Shown here: piece by piece, positions 50,045 through 63,381 of the stretch
How positions within the stretch are numbered: the first letter of the stretch is position 1
Layout: each line of letters begins with the position of its first letter
NCBI RefSeq assembly: GCF_963506605.1
Contig: NC_083280.1
Coordinates: forward strand, 36,704,001 to 36,768,000
Reading direction: 5' to 3'
DNA length: 64,000 nucleotides
From: Zootoca vivipara
Lineage: Eukaryota
Notes under the pieces: generated by a model
What the model saw: only the letters and a program-made list of their open reading frames with translations
What the model was told of the DNA's origin: nothing
Database searches by the model: none
Program-made: the position numbers and the translations under genes

Positions 50045-50443
50045 GCCAGGTGGCGCTGTGGTTAAACCACTGGTCCATAAGGACCCAGGTGGCGCTGTGG
50101 TTAAACCAATGAGCCTAGGGCTTGCTGATCAGAAGGTCGGTGGTTCGAATCCCTGTGACGGGGTGAGCTCCCGTTGCTTGGTCCCAGCTCCTGCCAACCT
50201 AGCAGTTCGAAAGCACGTCAAAATGCAAGTAGATAAATAGGAACCGCTACAGCGGGAAGGTAAACGGCGTTTCCATGTGCTGCTCTGGTTTGTCAGAAGC
50301 GGCTTTGTCATGCTGGCCACATGACCTGGAAGCTACCGGTATACGCTGGCTCCCTCGGCCAATAATGCGAGATGAGCGCGCAACCCCAGAGTCGGTCACG
50401 ACTGGACCTAATGGCCAGGGGTCCCTTTACCTTTACCCTTTTA
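50045..50443 (+). mobile_element. Sauria SINE with duplicated 5' head
   Basis: TSD AAGGACATAAT; CCAGGTGGCGCTGTGGTTAAACCA occurs twice. Confidence 0.9.
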
Positions 50444-50971
50444 AAGGACATAATACATCTGAGTCTATGCAATGGCAGAGTCTCTTCTGTAGCTTGCAAA
50501 AAAAAGGTCCCCTGCTTGTGTTAGCCCACATGTCCAAGGACAAGAGTGAGGAACCTGTGGTGCTCCAGGTGTTGTTGGACTCCCATCAGCCCCTGTCAGC
50601 ATGGCCATTGGCTGAGGTCATGGGAATTGTAGTGGACTGGAGAGCTATATAGTCCCCAGCCCTGTCTAAATAAAAAGAATTTCCACACTTCTCATAAAAT
50701 AAAAGTAGAATAAAACAGGTAATGAAGTGATATAAAAGTACATAGCATAGGTAATAAATATAGAATTAAAAAGGTAATGTAAAAAAGAGCTTTTGTACTT
50801 CTAATAAATAAGTAAAAAAGGGAATTTTGGCAGGTGCCGCTTGTATTGCATGAATGGGAAAAGTTGCAACTGCTAAGATTCCCTCTTCTGTATTTCTATT
50901 AAAGACACAATTCACTTGCCCTGCCCTGCTCTTCTTTGCATCTGGCCAATCTACACATGTTTCAGCTTGCG

Positions 50972-51107
50972 CAGCCTTTCTCAGCCTTGGGTTCCCAGAT
51001 GTTGTTGGACTACAACTCCCATCATCCCCGACCACTGGCCATGCTGACCAGGAATGATGGGAATTGTAGTCCAACAATATCTGGGAACCCAAGGTTGAGA
51101 AAGGCTG
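50972..51107. mobile_element. Palindromic hAT MITE
   Basis: CAGCCTTTCTCA(G/A)CCTTGGGTTCCCAGAT inverted arms. Confidence 0.8.
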
Positions 51108-51719
51108 AGTGGGCATTTAGTGGTACAACTGCAATTGTGGGGAGCTATCAGGGGTGGATTCTGAGGTAGAACTCCCTTGCGGCTAGACTATCTTGGAGTC
51201 ACATTGAGATGGTAGCTTCCTATGTTCCCAGGTGGGAATTCAGTCAGAAAGTGCCCCCCCCCAAAAGGCAGGCACCTTTTCCTTTAAGATAATGAGAAAC
51301 TGTGGAAAAGACCTTATTTGTTTTTCTAATGTTATCTTCTGAGGTCAGGAGAGTACATGATGAACCTACGTGCTGCTCAAACAGTGCAGGACTGACCTGT
51401 AGTTGCATGTGGTCTACCCACTAAAATGCAAAATATGAAGCAGCACAATGGAGTAAGGGCACTCAGTGTTTTCGTCCCTGGTAAAACTAAGCCAGACTCA
51501 CCCTAAGGCAAGGTGAGGTATCTGTTGTTAAAGGCAGCAGAGGGGGAGACAGGTCTCACCCGACTGGATCTATCAGAAGTCCCATTGAAAGTATTGTCCT
51601 TTTTGGACAGTTTCCATTATGCTTGTGTGGAAAGTGCACATCCTCTGGTGTAATGTGGCCATGGAAGGTAACAATTTGGGTACCAAAATGTATTTGGTTG
51701 GCTCTGCAGACAAACAACA

Positions 51720-51920
51720 AAATATAGGTGTGATTTATGACCTTTCCAACTGTTCTCCAAGAAGCTCAAGGTGGAGTACGTGGTTCTTCTCCCATTTCAT
51801 CCTCACAGCAATCCTGTGAGGTAGGTTGAGGTGAGAGATATTGACTAGCCCCATGTCACCCTGTTAGCGGCGTGGCTGAGTAAAGACTTGAACCTGGGAC
51901 TCTAAAGTCCTAGTCCAACA
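51720..51920 (-). mobile_element. MIR-like CORE-SINE
   Basis: ATCCTCACAGCAATCCTGTGAGGTAGG core plus reverse B-box TTGAACC; approximate ends. Confidence 0.65.
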
Positions 51921-54130
51921 TTCCTCCTTCTGTCCAACATTCCTCCTTCTGTCAAGGAACACAAGGCAGCATCCCAGGTCTTCTCAACCCAGCACTGACC
52001 TTTGACCTTCATTTCTCAAGAGTGGGATGAGTTCCTCGACTTAGGATAAGGTAATAGAAAGGACAGGTGTACAAATGTCCCATCTCGGTATTCATTCGTC
52101 ATAAGCTACCAATCATTCCATTCTCTTGCAATTCTGCTTCTGCCCTATTGTGTGCTATCCATTTCATCACCACTGATGCGGAATTGTACTTTAAAACAAC
52201 AACAACACCGTGAAGAATGCCGATTGCTTTCACTTCGAGGAATTACCGTATGTTTCTGGTCACTGAGCGAACAGGCAGACAGAGGGGATTTCTGCATCTG
52301 CAGCCACTTACAGCAGAATTCTCCGCCGTCACTAAAAGAGAATAAGATTCTGAATTTGGCCACCCTTTCTCCAGTTTGTAGCAAGTGATATGTGGAGGAT
52401 TGCATACTTCAGTCAAATTCACCATGTAGTCTTTTTAATCTTGAAAGGTGCAATCTTTTTTTTAAAAAAAGTGGGCCTTAGGGGCAGCTCTCACAACTTT
52501 TGATCACTGGCAAATTATAAAGGAATTAATAAAAACTAAGCAACACTGTCATGACAGAAAATTACATCCCAAACATGGGCAATCATGGTTTGGGAGAGGT
52601 GCAGGGGACCATGAAGGAAGGAAGACCTCATGGGCAAGAACAAAATGCCCCCTCTCCACCCTTCATTACACATGAACAGGCAGTTGAATCTCATGCCATC
52701 ATTTCTGATAGGGCATCCTATCCCACCACATCTGAGAGCAAGAGACTTAGGTAAGGGACACAAAGCAGTCCATTTGACATTCGCAGTTCTGTCCTCCAAC
52801 ATCTCACCATCAGGAAGGTAGGAAGCGGGACTGTGGGGGAAAGAGATATACCCCCCCCCAACCCGGTGTCTACTGACAGAGTTGTAAAATAATCACCAGA
52901 TGAATTATTATTATTTTTATTTTGTAAATACCACACTGTTGTGTCACGACTAACGATGGCAGACAGTTTTCTACAGCACATTGAGAGGAAAAAAGGGCCT
53001 CAGAAGCTCGGTGGAATTGTTTTTGCATCTCAGAAATAGCTAAACAGTGACTACGAGGCCACAGATTTCCTTGTCCCCGTGGGGTTCCTGCCTCAGATAA
53101 GGGTGGCGGGGGGGGGGGGAGAGGACAAGATTAAAAGTGATTCCAGTCTACCCGCCCCCGCTCCTTGCCTCAACTTTGTCTCCATACACACGCCCTAAAC
53201 GTATGGAGAAATTTAATGGGTCGCTGTGTAAATCTTTTCTGCATTCTCTTCATACCGCTCTGTCTCCCAGTTCTTTGGGAGTTGAAACAATCAATCTGCG
53301 TAGCAGGCTGAACATTCCAAACCTTATATAACAGAGATAATGAACACTCATCTGTAGCACAGCAAGACTCTCATTCCAACAGGGATTTTGGAGTCGTTGT
53401 ATTACTGCTTCTTCCCTGGCCCTGCATGTCCTCTGATATACAGCAATGGATGATAGAATCAGAGGGCTCAAAGAAACAGAGACATCTTCAAGGCCAGTTC
53501 TCCCTGCCCTAAGCATAGATTCTCCACCCAGGGAAAATGCCGTAGACTAAGATGACTACCGGTGGGTCTTCACTGAAGCCTGAAAAAGCTACAGATGTGT
53601 TTATAGGACAATAAGGAGTCACACTGCACTCTCACATGCTGCCAAAATGCATTATTGGGGTTGCATTCCTGATTAAAGAGCAATTCCTGTTCAAGAATGG
53701 TGCCAAAAAATGTTTGTGTGTCCCCCCCAGTCATTGGGTGGGTGGGAGCAAAATGAAACTTTCCTGGAAGCCATGGGGTGGGAAAGATAAATTTTCCTAG
53801 AATTTTCGGGAGAGGGTTGCTGCTTGTGTTACCTAAGCTTAGGAAGTGGCCAAAGAGTTTCTTTTTATTATTATTTCTTCCTTAACTTTGAAGAAAAGCC
53901 CCATGCCACTCAGTGGTGCAAGGTGAACCTCAAGTTTCCCACCATTCAATCTTTCTTGAGAGTAATGCCACATTATATTGCATCACTTTCGAGGCATTCT
54001 GGGAAGTGTGGCTGGTGGAAAGGGGCACAAAGCTCTCTCTCCACAGCTTTCCACAGGCCACACTTCCCTGGTGAGACCCACGAAGGGCTCATCCATCCTG
54101 TACCTACATTAATTATCTTCTGTCCATATG

Positions 54131-54431
54131 GTTGTTGTTGTTTAGTCGTTTAGTCGTTTAGTCGTGTCCGACTCTTTGTGACCCCATGGACCAGAGCACG
54201 CCAGGCACTCCTGTCTTGCACTGCCTCCCGCAGTTTGGTCAAACTCATGTTCGTAGCTTCGAGAACACTGTCCAACCATCTCATCCTCTGTCGTCCCCTT
54301 CTCCTAGTGCCCTCCATCTTTCCCAACATCAGGGTCTTTTCCAGGGAGTCTTCTCTTCTCATGAGGTGGCCAAATTATTGGAGCCTCAGCTTCAGGATCT
54401 GTCCTTCCAGTGAGCACTCAGGGCTGATTTC
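54131..54431 (-). mobile_element. RTE-BovB 3' fragment
   Basis: MRREDSLEKTLMLGKMEG; TSD CTGTCCATATG. Confidence 0.93.
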
Positions 54432-54618
54432 CTGTCCATATGATATTCCCCTCTAAATCCCCGCTTTCCCACACTCCCCCCTCCCTCAGTGTGGATTTTC
54501 TTATGCCCTCTCCCTTTCAGAGTATCCCCTTTATGAGAAAACCTGGACTGAGGGAGGGGAAAGTATAGGAAGGTAATAATTTGGAGAACATCATATGGGC
54601 AACCGAGATGTAATAGAG

Positions 54619-54754
54619 CAGGCATCCCCAAACTTCGGCCCTCCAGATGTTTTGGACTACAATTCCCATCTTCCATGACCACTGGTCCTGCTAGCTAGGA
54701 ATCATGGGAGTTGTAGGCCCAAACATCTGGAGGGCCGCAGTTTGGGGATGCCTG
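54619..54754. mobile_element. Palindromic hAT MITE
   Basis: Same family as 23226-23361; TSD TAATAGAG/TAATAAAG. Confidence 0.9.
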
Positions 54755-56996
54755 TAATAAAGGTACAGGATGTTTACTATCCATGTTAAATGACGGTGTG
54801 GGTGAGCTCGATGGTAAGTTAGCAACAACCCCCCCCCAAAAAAATATTTTTAGAAATATATTCCCTCATTCAAGAAAGCAGCAGAAAATTGTGCCCCCCC
54901 CCAAAAAAAACAGGGGGAGAATACATGGACAGGGCTTTTTAAGCCAGAACTCGGTGGAACTCAGTCCCGGCACCTCTTAGGTAGGTTCTGACCCTCTCAG
55001 GTGGGCGCCATTGCCATGCTAAGAGAACAAAGTGAGTTCCAGCACCTCTTTTTATAGACAAATAACACTCCTTATGGGAAATGGGGGTGGAGAATTTTGG
55101 CTACGCCTGACATTTGAACTCCGAAAGACTTCCTTCCAAGCCTTTCCTGGGCAGCAACACCAGAGGGATGGTGTCCCCTAAGTTTCCTTTGCAGTTGGAA
55201 TATGTTACACATATATAAGGGGTTGAGTCCCTATTTGCGCTGTAAGATTAATGGCTTCTTCCTTGCATGTCTACTTAGAAATGGAGCTTCAACACTCCAC
55301 CCTTTGATACTCTGCTGGCCTTGGAAAGCCATAATCGGAGGCCTTAAAATTATGCTTGGAATTCAGTCAGTCAATGAAGCAATTGGGATGAGTGCATTTA
55401 CAAGAATTTCAAAACCATCTGATAGGGCGAAATAAATAGAGATACTAGGGCAGGATCTCAACAAAGGCCAAGATCTCAGGGTGTTAACTAATGGGAGAAA
55501 AATGCTTCTGTATGTATCAAAGGCATCTTTCTTGTGGAAAGAGAGCCACTGCCTCTTGCGCAAGAAAGCAGATTTCCAAATAACTTGGCACAACTGCTGG
55601 TGTGTCTGTCTCTCTCTCTGTGTATGTGTTTGCATGTGGGTGCGGGGATTTGTGGGTGTGTCATTTGTCTGCGAGACGGTAGGAAAGTTTCTGAATCACC
55701 TTTATTTTCATCGTAGACCAGTTTGACAAAATCCCCACTGAACTCCCTGCCCTGGGCAAGAAAGGAAGCTCTCCAGACCCTCTTCTGTTTTCATGCACAA
55801 GGGGAAATGGATGAACTGAATAAGCATATGAGTCCAGTCTGTGAAATAAACAGCTCATAGCTATGTGCATGGGGCATGGCAAGAAAGACTCATTCCTGCC
55901 AGCCTCGGCAACGTGTTGGTACATGTGGTATTGCACTCCAGTTGGAAAAGCCGATGGAGCACAGGGCAAAGGCGACTATTCCCCACACCGTATGTGTGGG
56001 AACAACAAGCACACTCTCCTTAAGACAGCACGGCACGCATGACTTGACCAATATGCTGCCAATGTGGCAATGCTGAGGCTGTGGGCAGTTGATCTAGAAT
56101 ACAATATTGGGATTGGTGTGTGGGAAGAGTGAAAGTAACAGGCAAGATCTACTGGGAAATAAGGACAGGAAATTTAAATGTGGCAAGGCTAAGGCTACAT
56201 ACCGTACATTCATTTAAAGCACATGATGTCCACCAAGGTATCTTGGGAGTTGCAGTTTACACACAGAGCTACAATTCCCAGCCTTAATCTTAACATACTT
56301 TAGTTCCCGGGATTCTTTGGGGAGAAGTAATCCACTTCAAATGTCCTTTAAATGCCTGCTGTGTATGCAGCCTGAGGCTATGGATCTTGAATATATCACA
56401 GATCTTCAGTCCATGATTGCCTCATTCAGCCTTATGCTTTCATACCAGGACCCAGGCTGATAGCGGCACTCCTACAATGCAGCTTAGCGTTATCTGGGGC
56501 AGCCCTACCATTAGGCAAAGTGAGGTGACTGCCTCAGGTGGCAGATTCTAGAAAGTAGCCGAAGTCTCTCCCAGCTGGTCCTCCGAAACCACAGTGCCCA
56601 CATGGCCTATCCCGGGCCCTCTAATCTGGCCTGCAGCCTCAGATATGGTGCAGGACATTATCCCATCACCAGTGCTGAAGTTAGATTCAACTAGCTGGCT
56701 TCTGAAAGTGGAACAAGGAACAGACAAGATATTGTCTTTCACTTCTGACAGTAAAATGTCTTGGGCCAATATTTTGTGGTGATTTAACATGGATTTGCTG
56801 GAATAGACAGTATGGTTGAAGACAGCATGGTAGAATGGTGGTAGAAAACCAGTGGAGCTCCAAGATTTTTGGACTGTAACTCCCATCGTCCCTGACTAAT
56901 GGCTATGCTGGAAGGGGCTGATGGGAGTTGGAGTTCAACAACACCTGGAGGGCACCAACTTCCTCACTTCAGCTGTAGTGCTTATAGCCTTTGCTC

Positions 56997-57202
56997 ACAT
57001 TAGGAAGAACCTCCTGACAGTAAGAGCTGTTCGACAGTGGAATTTGCTGCCAAGAAGTGTGGTGGAGTCTCCTTCTTTGGAGGTCTTTAAGCAGAGGCTT
57101 GACAGCCAACTGTCAAGAATGCTTTGATGGTGTTTCCTGCTTGGCAGGGGGTTGGACTGGATGGCCCTTGTGGTCTCTTCCAACTCTATGATTCTATGAT
57201 TC
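56997..57202 (+). mobile_element. CR1 LINE 3' fragment
   Basis: IRKNLLTVRAVRQWNLLP; ATTCTATG tail. Confidence 0.9.
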
Positions 57203-57706
57203 TTTCCTGCAGGAATACTATCCATGCCTCCATAGTTCTCACCAACTGGATTCATCTGACTATTCCAACATAGTTTCCTTGCTTTTTTTAATCCTACCCC
57301 TGCAAATTCTGCTCTTCCTGTTCTGGATGAGGCTGCACTCCCCACGAAAAAGCAGGTACACAGTCTGTAGGGTACTTGATCTTGTTCTGTTGCTGGAACC
57401 TCAGTTGGCCTTGGCGGTATGGAGTACTTTTTCCTTACATAGCCTGATTCACCAACTGTGGCCATTCCTGCATTGTGATAGCTTAGCTAAGGTGATCATC
57501 GATCTGGTAACTTTGCAGCTGGAGTACTGTAATGTGTTATAAGTGCGTCTGCCTTGACGGTGTGTTAAATGTAAGTGTACTCAGAAGTGTCAATTAGTTC
57601 TGAGTTCAGCAACATGAATTCTGTCTGATGTGGGTAGGTCAAGCCATATTACACCAAATCTTCAAGAATTACAATTCTTCAAGAAATACAGGGAGGAGTG
57701 CTCTTT

Positions 57707-58073
57707 AAGGTAAAAGGTAAAGGTACCCCTGACCGTTAGGTCCAGTTGCGGGCGACTCTGGGGTTGCGCACACATCTCGCTCTATAGGCCAAGGGAGCCG
57801 GCGTTTGTCCGCAGACAGCTTCCAGGTCATGTGGCCAGCATGACTAAGCCGCTACTGGCAAACCAGAGCAGCACACGGAAACGCCATTTACCTTCCTGCC
57901 GGAGTGGTACCTATTTAGCTACTTGTACTTGACGTGCTTTCGAACTGCTAGGTGGGCAGGAGCTGGGGCCGAACAATGGGAGCTCACCCCATCGAAGGGA
58001 TTCGAACCACCAACCTTCTCATCAGGAAGCCCTAGGCTCAGTGGTTTAGACCACAGCGCCACTCACATCCCAT
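57707..58073 (-). mobile_element. Sauria SINE
   Basis: TSD TGCTCTTT; homologous to the other copies. Confidence 0.9.
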
Positions 58074-58256
58074 TGCTCTTTCAGGTAGACCTATGCAATA
58101 ACGTCAATTGAGGCAGTTCTTTGAGTGCCATCAATGCTGAAGGGCATTGTGCCTGCATGAAGGAGAGGGCCCTTTCTCTGATGCCCCTTTGGCTTTGGAA
58201 TATGTTCCCTTGAGAGACTAGATTGGTGTTTTGGCCTCCTAATCTTCTCAGCAACA

Positions 58257-58689
58257 GGTTTGTTGTTGTTTAGTCATTTAGTCGTGTCCGACTCTTCATG
58301 ACTCCATGGACCATAGCACTCCAGGCATGCATGTCTTCCACTGCCCCCCGCAGTTTGGTCAAACTCATGTTCGTAGTTTCGAGAACACTGTCCAACCATC
58401 TCGTCCTCTGTAGTCCCCTTCTCCTTGTGCCCTCCTTGTGCCCTTCCCAACATCAGGGTCTTTTCCAGGGAGTCTTCTCTTCTCACGAGGTGGCCAAAGA
58501 ATTGAGGCCTCAGCTTCAGGATCTGTCCTTCCAGTGAGCACTTAGGGCTGATTTCCTTAAGAATGGATAGGTTTGATCTTCTTGCAGTCCATGGGACTCT
58601 CAAGAGTCTCCTCCAGCACCATAATTTGAAAGCATCAATTCTTTGGTGATCAGCCTTCTTTATGGTCCAGCTCTCACTTCCATACATCA
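58257..58689 (-). mobile_element. RTE-BovB 3' fragment
   Basis: MYGSESWTIKKADHQRIDAFKLWCWRRLLRVPWTARRSN; TSD CAGCAACA. Confidence 0.93.
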
Positions 58690-59903
58690 CAGCAACAAGT
58701 TAAAACTTCCTTATTTACCCAAACATTTTAAGTGGGCTACATTTGTCTCTGGTTTACATTTGGGCTAGTCGCCACTCTCTTTTAGTATTTTTTTTGTTTT
58801 GTTTTTATTGTGCTTTGTAACTGTTGCGGTTGTACCCCACCCTGCAGCCTACTGAGATGAAGAGTGGTGTGGAAAAGGTCTGACAAGATCACTCATAGCC
58901 TATTTACCATCTCCCAGAGAGCATTAAATGCTGTATATTCCAGCCTAGAGTTTGGCTTTGGGAAGGCTAACTCTTCCCAGAGGTCCAAGCTTTCACTATG
59001 CCTGTCCCCCCACTTAATAAAACTGCCCCCAAGCTGCATACCTTCCCTGCCATCCTTAGAAAGTGAAGCTTCGGCTTGGTCTTCATTACACACAAGCATC
59101 CAGCTCTTGCTCTTTGTGGCCTCTTTCTCCCCTTCCTACCTCTGTATTGTTTTTATAGCAGCCACCAGGGCTTGGGTACACGACTCATGCCTGGCATCCT
59201 GCCCACAGCCGTTTCTGGAACAGCAATATCATAGTCTTGTGGAACAACACGGAGGCCAAGCCTCCAGCCCTGCCCAATCCCTCACAGACACTTCAGGGGT
59301 GGGAGAATTAAAACATATAAACGGAATGCAACCATTTGTCTTCATCTCAGTGTGTGGACCAGTCTTTTCTGCAGTTCAAAAGCAAAAATCAATATTTTCA
59401 TTTTCATTTAACCTACCTGAATTGTAGACATTGGCTTTCCAGTAGGAGGTGGACTGGTGGTACAAAGCATAACAGAGCCTGTTTTGGGTGGGGGGAGGGG
59501 GTACGACAAGAGAGAAGCTAGTGGGACGAAAGTAAATAAGCTGCCACTCCACGAGACGCAAGCTATGTCTGGAATGCAATAAAGCACTTTGCTGGCGACT
59601 GCCTTGAAATTTACAGCAAGGAGTGTACAATTTTTCCAGGAAGGCGCATGTCTTTGAGCACACAGCAGGGCTGCTTATGGGACACTGCTGCTGTGACTCC
59701 TCATAACATTTGGTGTAGTCTTCATCATTGTCATGGGCTGAGTCCCCTGGTACAACGTCCTCTTCTTTGCCTTGGCTGTGTACACACTCCTGTTTTCTTT
59801 GCATTCAGTGCACTCCTACTGCTAGTTTGGGAAGTGGCGCAGGCACATTGTTAGCCACGATCCGTATCTATCCTGTCTCTATCCTGTTGTTTCTTGTGGA
59901 ATA

Positions 59904-60537
59904 CAGTCATACCTCAGTTTAAGTATGCTTTGGTTTGAGTACTTTCAGTTGAAGTACTCCACGGACCCGCCTGGAACGGATTAATCCACTTTCCATTACC
60001 TTCAATGGGAAAGTTCGCTTCAGGTTAAGTACGCTTCAGGTTAAGTACGGACTTCCAGAACCAATTACACTTATACTTTGGGTTAAGTACGCTTCAGGTT
60101 GAGCACTCCGTGGATCCGTCTGGAACGGATTAATCCTCCACTTTCCATTACTTTCTTTTTTTTTTTTTGAAGGTGGACGCAGTTGTCTTTATTAAACTTC
60201 CCTCTGTATAGGATCTGTCAGTTGAATAGTGGATGAATAACTTTTTTTTTTTATTCATTTTTTTATTTGCATTTCAAATCATTACAAATTATATCGACAC
60301 CAACAGAGGAAGACGGGAAAAAGAGGAATAAGAAACCTATTATGAATTATAAGCTGTTATAAATCAAGAAATCATATAAAATGGTAAATCATATACGTTT
60401 AACATATTATAACAATATAAAAGTAAACTTCAACAAATTAATGACCAACAAAGGAAACTTAAAGAAAAACATAGATAAAAAGAATGAGATTAAAAGGTAA
60501 CTAAAAGAAGAAAAATAAAGAGTTATATATAAAAAAG

Positions 60538-60571
<34 letters not shown>

Positions 60572-61186
60572 ATGTATATATATAGTTTACAATTTTCTAA
60601 CCCCCACCATCCCACCCTCCACCCACCACACGTGAAAGTTGTGCTTCCAGCCATCTTTGTTCTGCGCCTTTTGTGTGTTTTTTTTTTCAGTCATCTGTAT
60701 ACCTGAAACATTATTATTTATCTCTTAATAGGTCTTTCGTGCCTGAGTCATCAAATGGCTTCTGCAAATGAGGGTTTTTCCATCATTGTCATTATATAAT
60801 TTCTGTATTTCTCCCAATCTTTATTTCTGGTTTCCTCATTAATTCCTTTAATTTCAGCATATTTCATTGCTGAATTGTAGTATGTTAGCAATTTTTTCTG
60901 CCAATCATCTTTGGTTGGTACCTTATTGCTTTTCCAATTTAAACCAATCAAATTTCTGGCTGCTGTTGTAGCATACATTACGATGCTTCTATCTTTGGGC
61001 CGATTCTTTGGGTCCATTACTTTCAATGGGAAAGTTCGCTTCAGGTTAAGTGCCCTTCAGTTTAAGTACTCCACGGACCATCTGGAACGGATTAATCCAC
61101 TTTCCATTACCTTCAATGGGAAAGTTCGCTTTAGGTTAAGTACAGACTTCCGGAACCAATTGTGTACTTAAACCGAGGTACCACTG
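59904..61186. mobile_element. Tigger/pogo-type MITE with internal tandem repeats, interrupted by L1
   Basis: TA|CAGTCATACCTC ... GAGGTACCACTG|TA; repeated GGAACGGATTAATCC...AATGGGAAAGTTCGC units. Confidence 0.85.
60156..61012 (-). mobile_element. 5'-truncated L1 (ORF2 C-terminus, 3' UTR, two poly(A) tracts)
   Basis: YATTAARNLIGLNWKSNKVPTKDDWQKKL resembles non-mammalian L1 ORF2 C-termini; 12-bp TSD TCCATTACTTTC (60144-60155, 61013-61024). Confidence 0.88.
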
Positions 61187-62222
61187 TATTGCATTTTGAA
61201 GCGTTTCCCTGCAAACCGGCTTCAATCCAAAATGAGGAAAGGAACAACCAAGCTGTGTTTTAAGATGATGGTGTCTACATCCCCTCTAGACTCCAGTGGA
61301 AAGTGCCTCGATACCCTGGGGTATCGAGTAGTACGGACTGGTGGCATTGTCCATTTCAGGGTCAGGGCTCGTTTCCCCCTGGAATATGTGAAATAACAAT
61401 GGAATTTCCCCAGTGACAAAGAGGAGGTTGTGGGTGACAGGAAAAGGCTCTGCCTGGGACCTTGGAGAGCCATTGACCATCAGTCAATAATGGATGACAT
61501 GGCAAAGTGTTTGACCTGGAAGAAGGCAGCTCTTTCTTTTCTTTAGAAATTATCTATTATCTGGACTCATATACATCACCATGGTTTTATTTGCCTCCCA
61601 TAAAAAGATTAATCCCAAAGAGACTTGGGAAAGAAATTTGGTTTGGTGCACGTTCCCAATCTGTACTTCCTGAAGCAATATGCCAAGCCAAACACAGCTA
61701 GCCTTCAAAATTCACGCTTCTCTGAATTTTGTGGTGCAGTTCTCCAACAAAAGGATGTGTGTGCAAAAATGGGATGGAAATGTGCACTAAAATGCATGAT
61801 CGTGTACAGAAATGTGGGTTGTTATGAGAAATGAGGAATAAAATACAGGTGAATTTTCATGAGGAAACTCATCACAGACCGATTCAGAAATGTGGCAAAT
61901 TGACTTGGCAAAATGAGAACCACTCCAGCTGCGTAGTTGCACCCCCTGCCTCCCAGTGAGAAGATTAGGGCAAGGAAGACACCACCATGGCTCCTTCCAT
62001 CAGCCAATAAAGATGCACCTGCTCTCCTGCTTGCTTTCCTCTTTCCTCCCCACTCCTGTTTCCTTTCATGTTGTGTCTATGAGGGCTATGACAGTGTAAT
62101 GAAGTCAGACATATTTTCAAAATTAATATTTATACAACAACAACAATCGTGTACTGCACTTCAGCATGTTATGGGAATGAATATTAACTAATACAATTAC
62201 AGCTATCACTATGAAACATATA

Positions 62223-62728
62223 CAGTGGCACCTTGCTTCTCAAACGCCTTGGTACTCAAACGCCTTGGAACCCAAACACTGCAAACCCGAAAGTAAGTGT
62301 TCCAGTTCGCGAACTGTTTTCAGAAGCCGAACGTGCTCTGTTTTGAGTGCCACACTTCCATTTTGAGTATTACACTTCTGCTTTGAGTGTTACGCTGAGG
62401 TCTGTCTGTTTTGCTATTTATTTTGCATTTTTGTTTTTGCGGCTTTTTTGTGTTGTCTTTGTGACTGCGTGGAACCCAGTTCAGCTGCTGATTGATTGAT
62501 TGTGTGACTGCAGTACATTGCGTATTGCTTTCATTTTATCAATCAATGGTCTTGTTAGATAGTAAAATTCACGTTAAATTCCTGTTTTAGGGGTTGTTTT
62601 TAAAAGTCTGAAGTGGATTAATCCATTTTGCATTCCTTTCTGTGGGAAATCACGCCTTGATTTTGGAACGGTTTGGTTTTGGAACAGACTTCCGGAACGG
62701 ATTACGTTTGAGAACCAAGGTATCACTG
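62223..62728. mobile_element. Tigger/pogo-type non-autonomous element
   Basis: TA|CAGTGGCACCTTGCTTCTCAAACG ... CGTTTGAGAACCAAGGTATCACTG|TA. Confidence 0.85.
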
Positions 62729-63381
62729 TACACAACTAATGAATGACTACCGGTAATATGCTGCTTTGGGGTCTGTCCTGGAGCCCTAGGGCTGACTGGG
62801 ATTCCTCTTCCTTTCTGAGCTTGTGCAATAATGTTTCTGCCATGGGAGGTGGTCTTCCTAGGCTGGCACATTTCTTAATGTCTGGGTGGTTATTTTTAAC
62901 GCAGGTTTATGCAGGGAAACCAGGCATGCTCTTTAGAGAAAGCATACATGTGTCCCAAGGCACATCTGCCTCATTCTTGGAAACAGGGTCAGATTCCTCG
63001 GCTCTCTGAAGAGTGATGGCCATCGCTTGAAATACATGTCTAGTTGCTATAAGTGGCTTCAAGATCATGTACAAACAGACTACTTTCTATTTTCTACAAG
63101 ATCATCTCCACTCCTTGACTCGGGGACATGTTTACAGCCCCTCCTTGTAGGGACATGTAATGGCACGTAGCTTACTGATGGGGAAGCCCAGGGAGAAAAG
63201 GAATGGGTGAGTATAACACGGAAAGATTTCTTGGCAGATAAATTGACCTGGTTTTCTTGCTTGCCCCACTTTGAATCCTTATTCTCACAGAGATGATGTT
63301 GGTAATGAATCATAGATAGGTAGATTTGAAAGAGATCCCGTGGTTTCATTAGTCTAAATCCCCACCTGCAGTGTACAGTAG

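Noticed and set aside
59940-61170. Repeated units resembling a CRISPR-like array
   Set aside because: Internal tandem repeats of a Tigger-type MITE; no unique spacers, eukaryotic context
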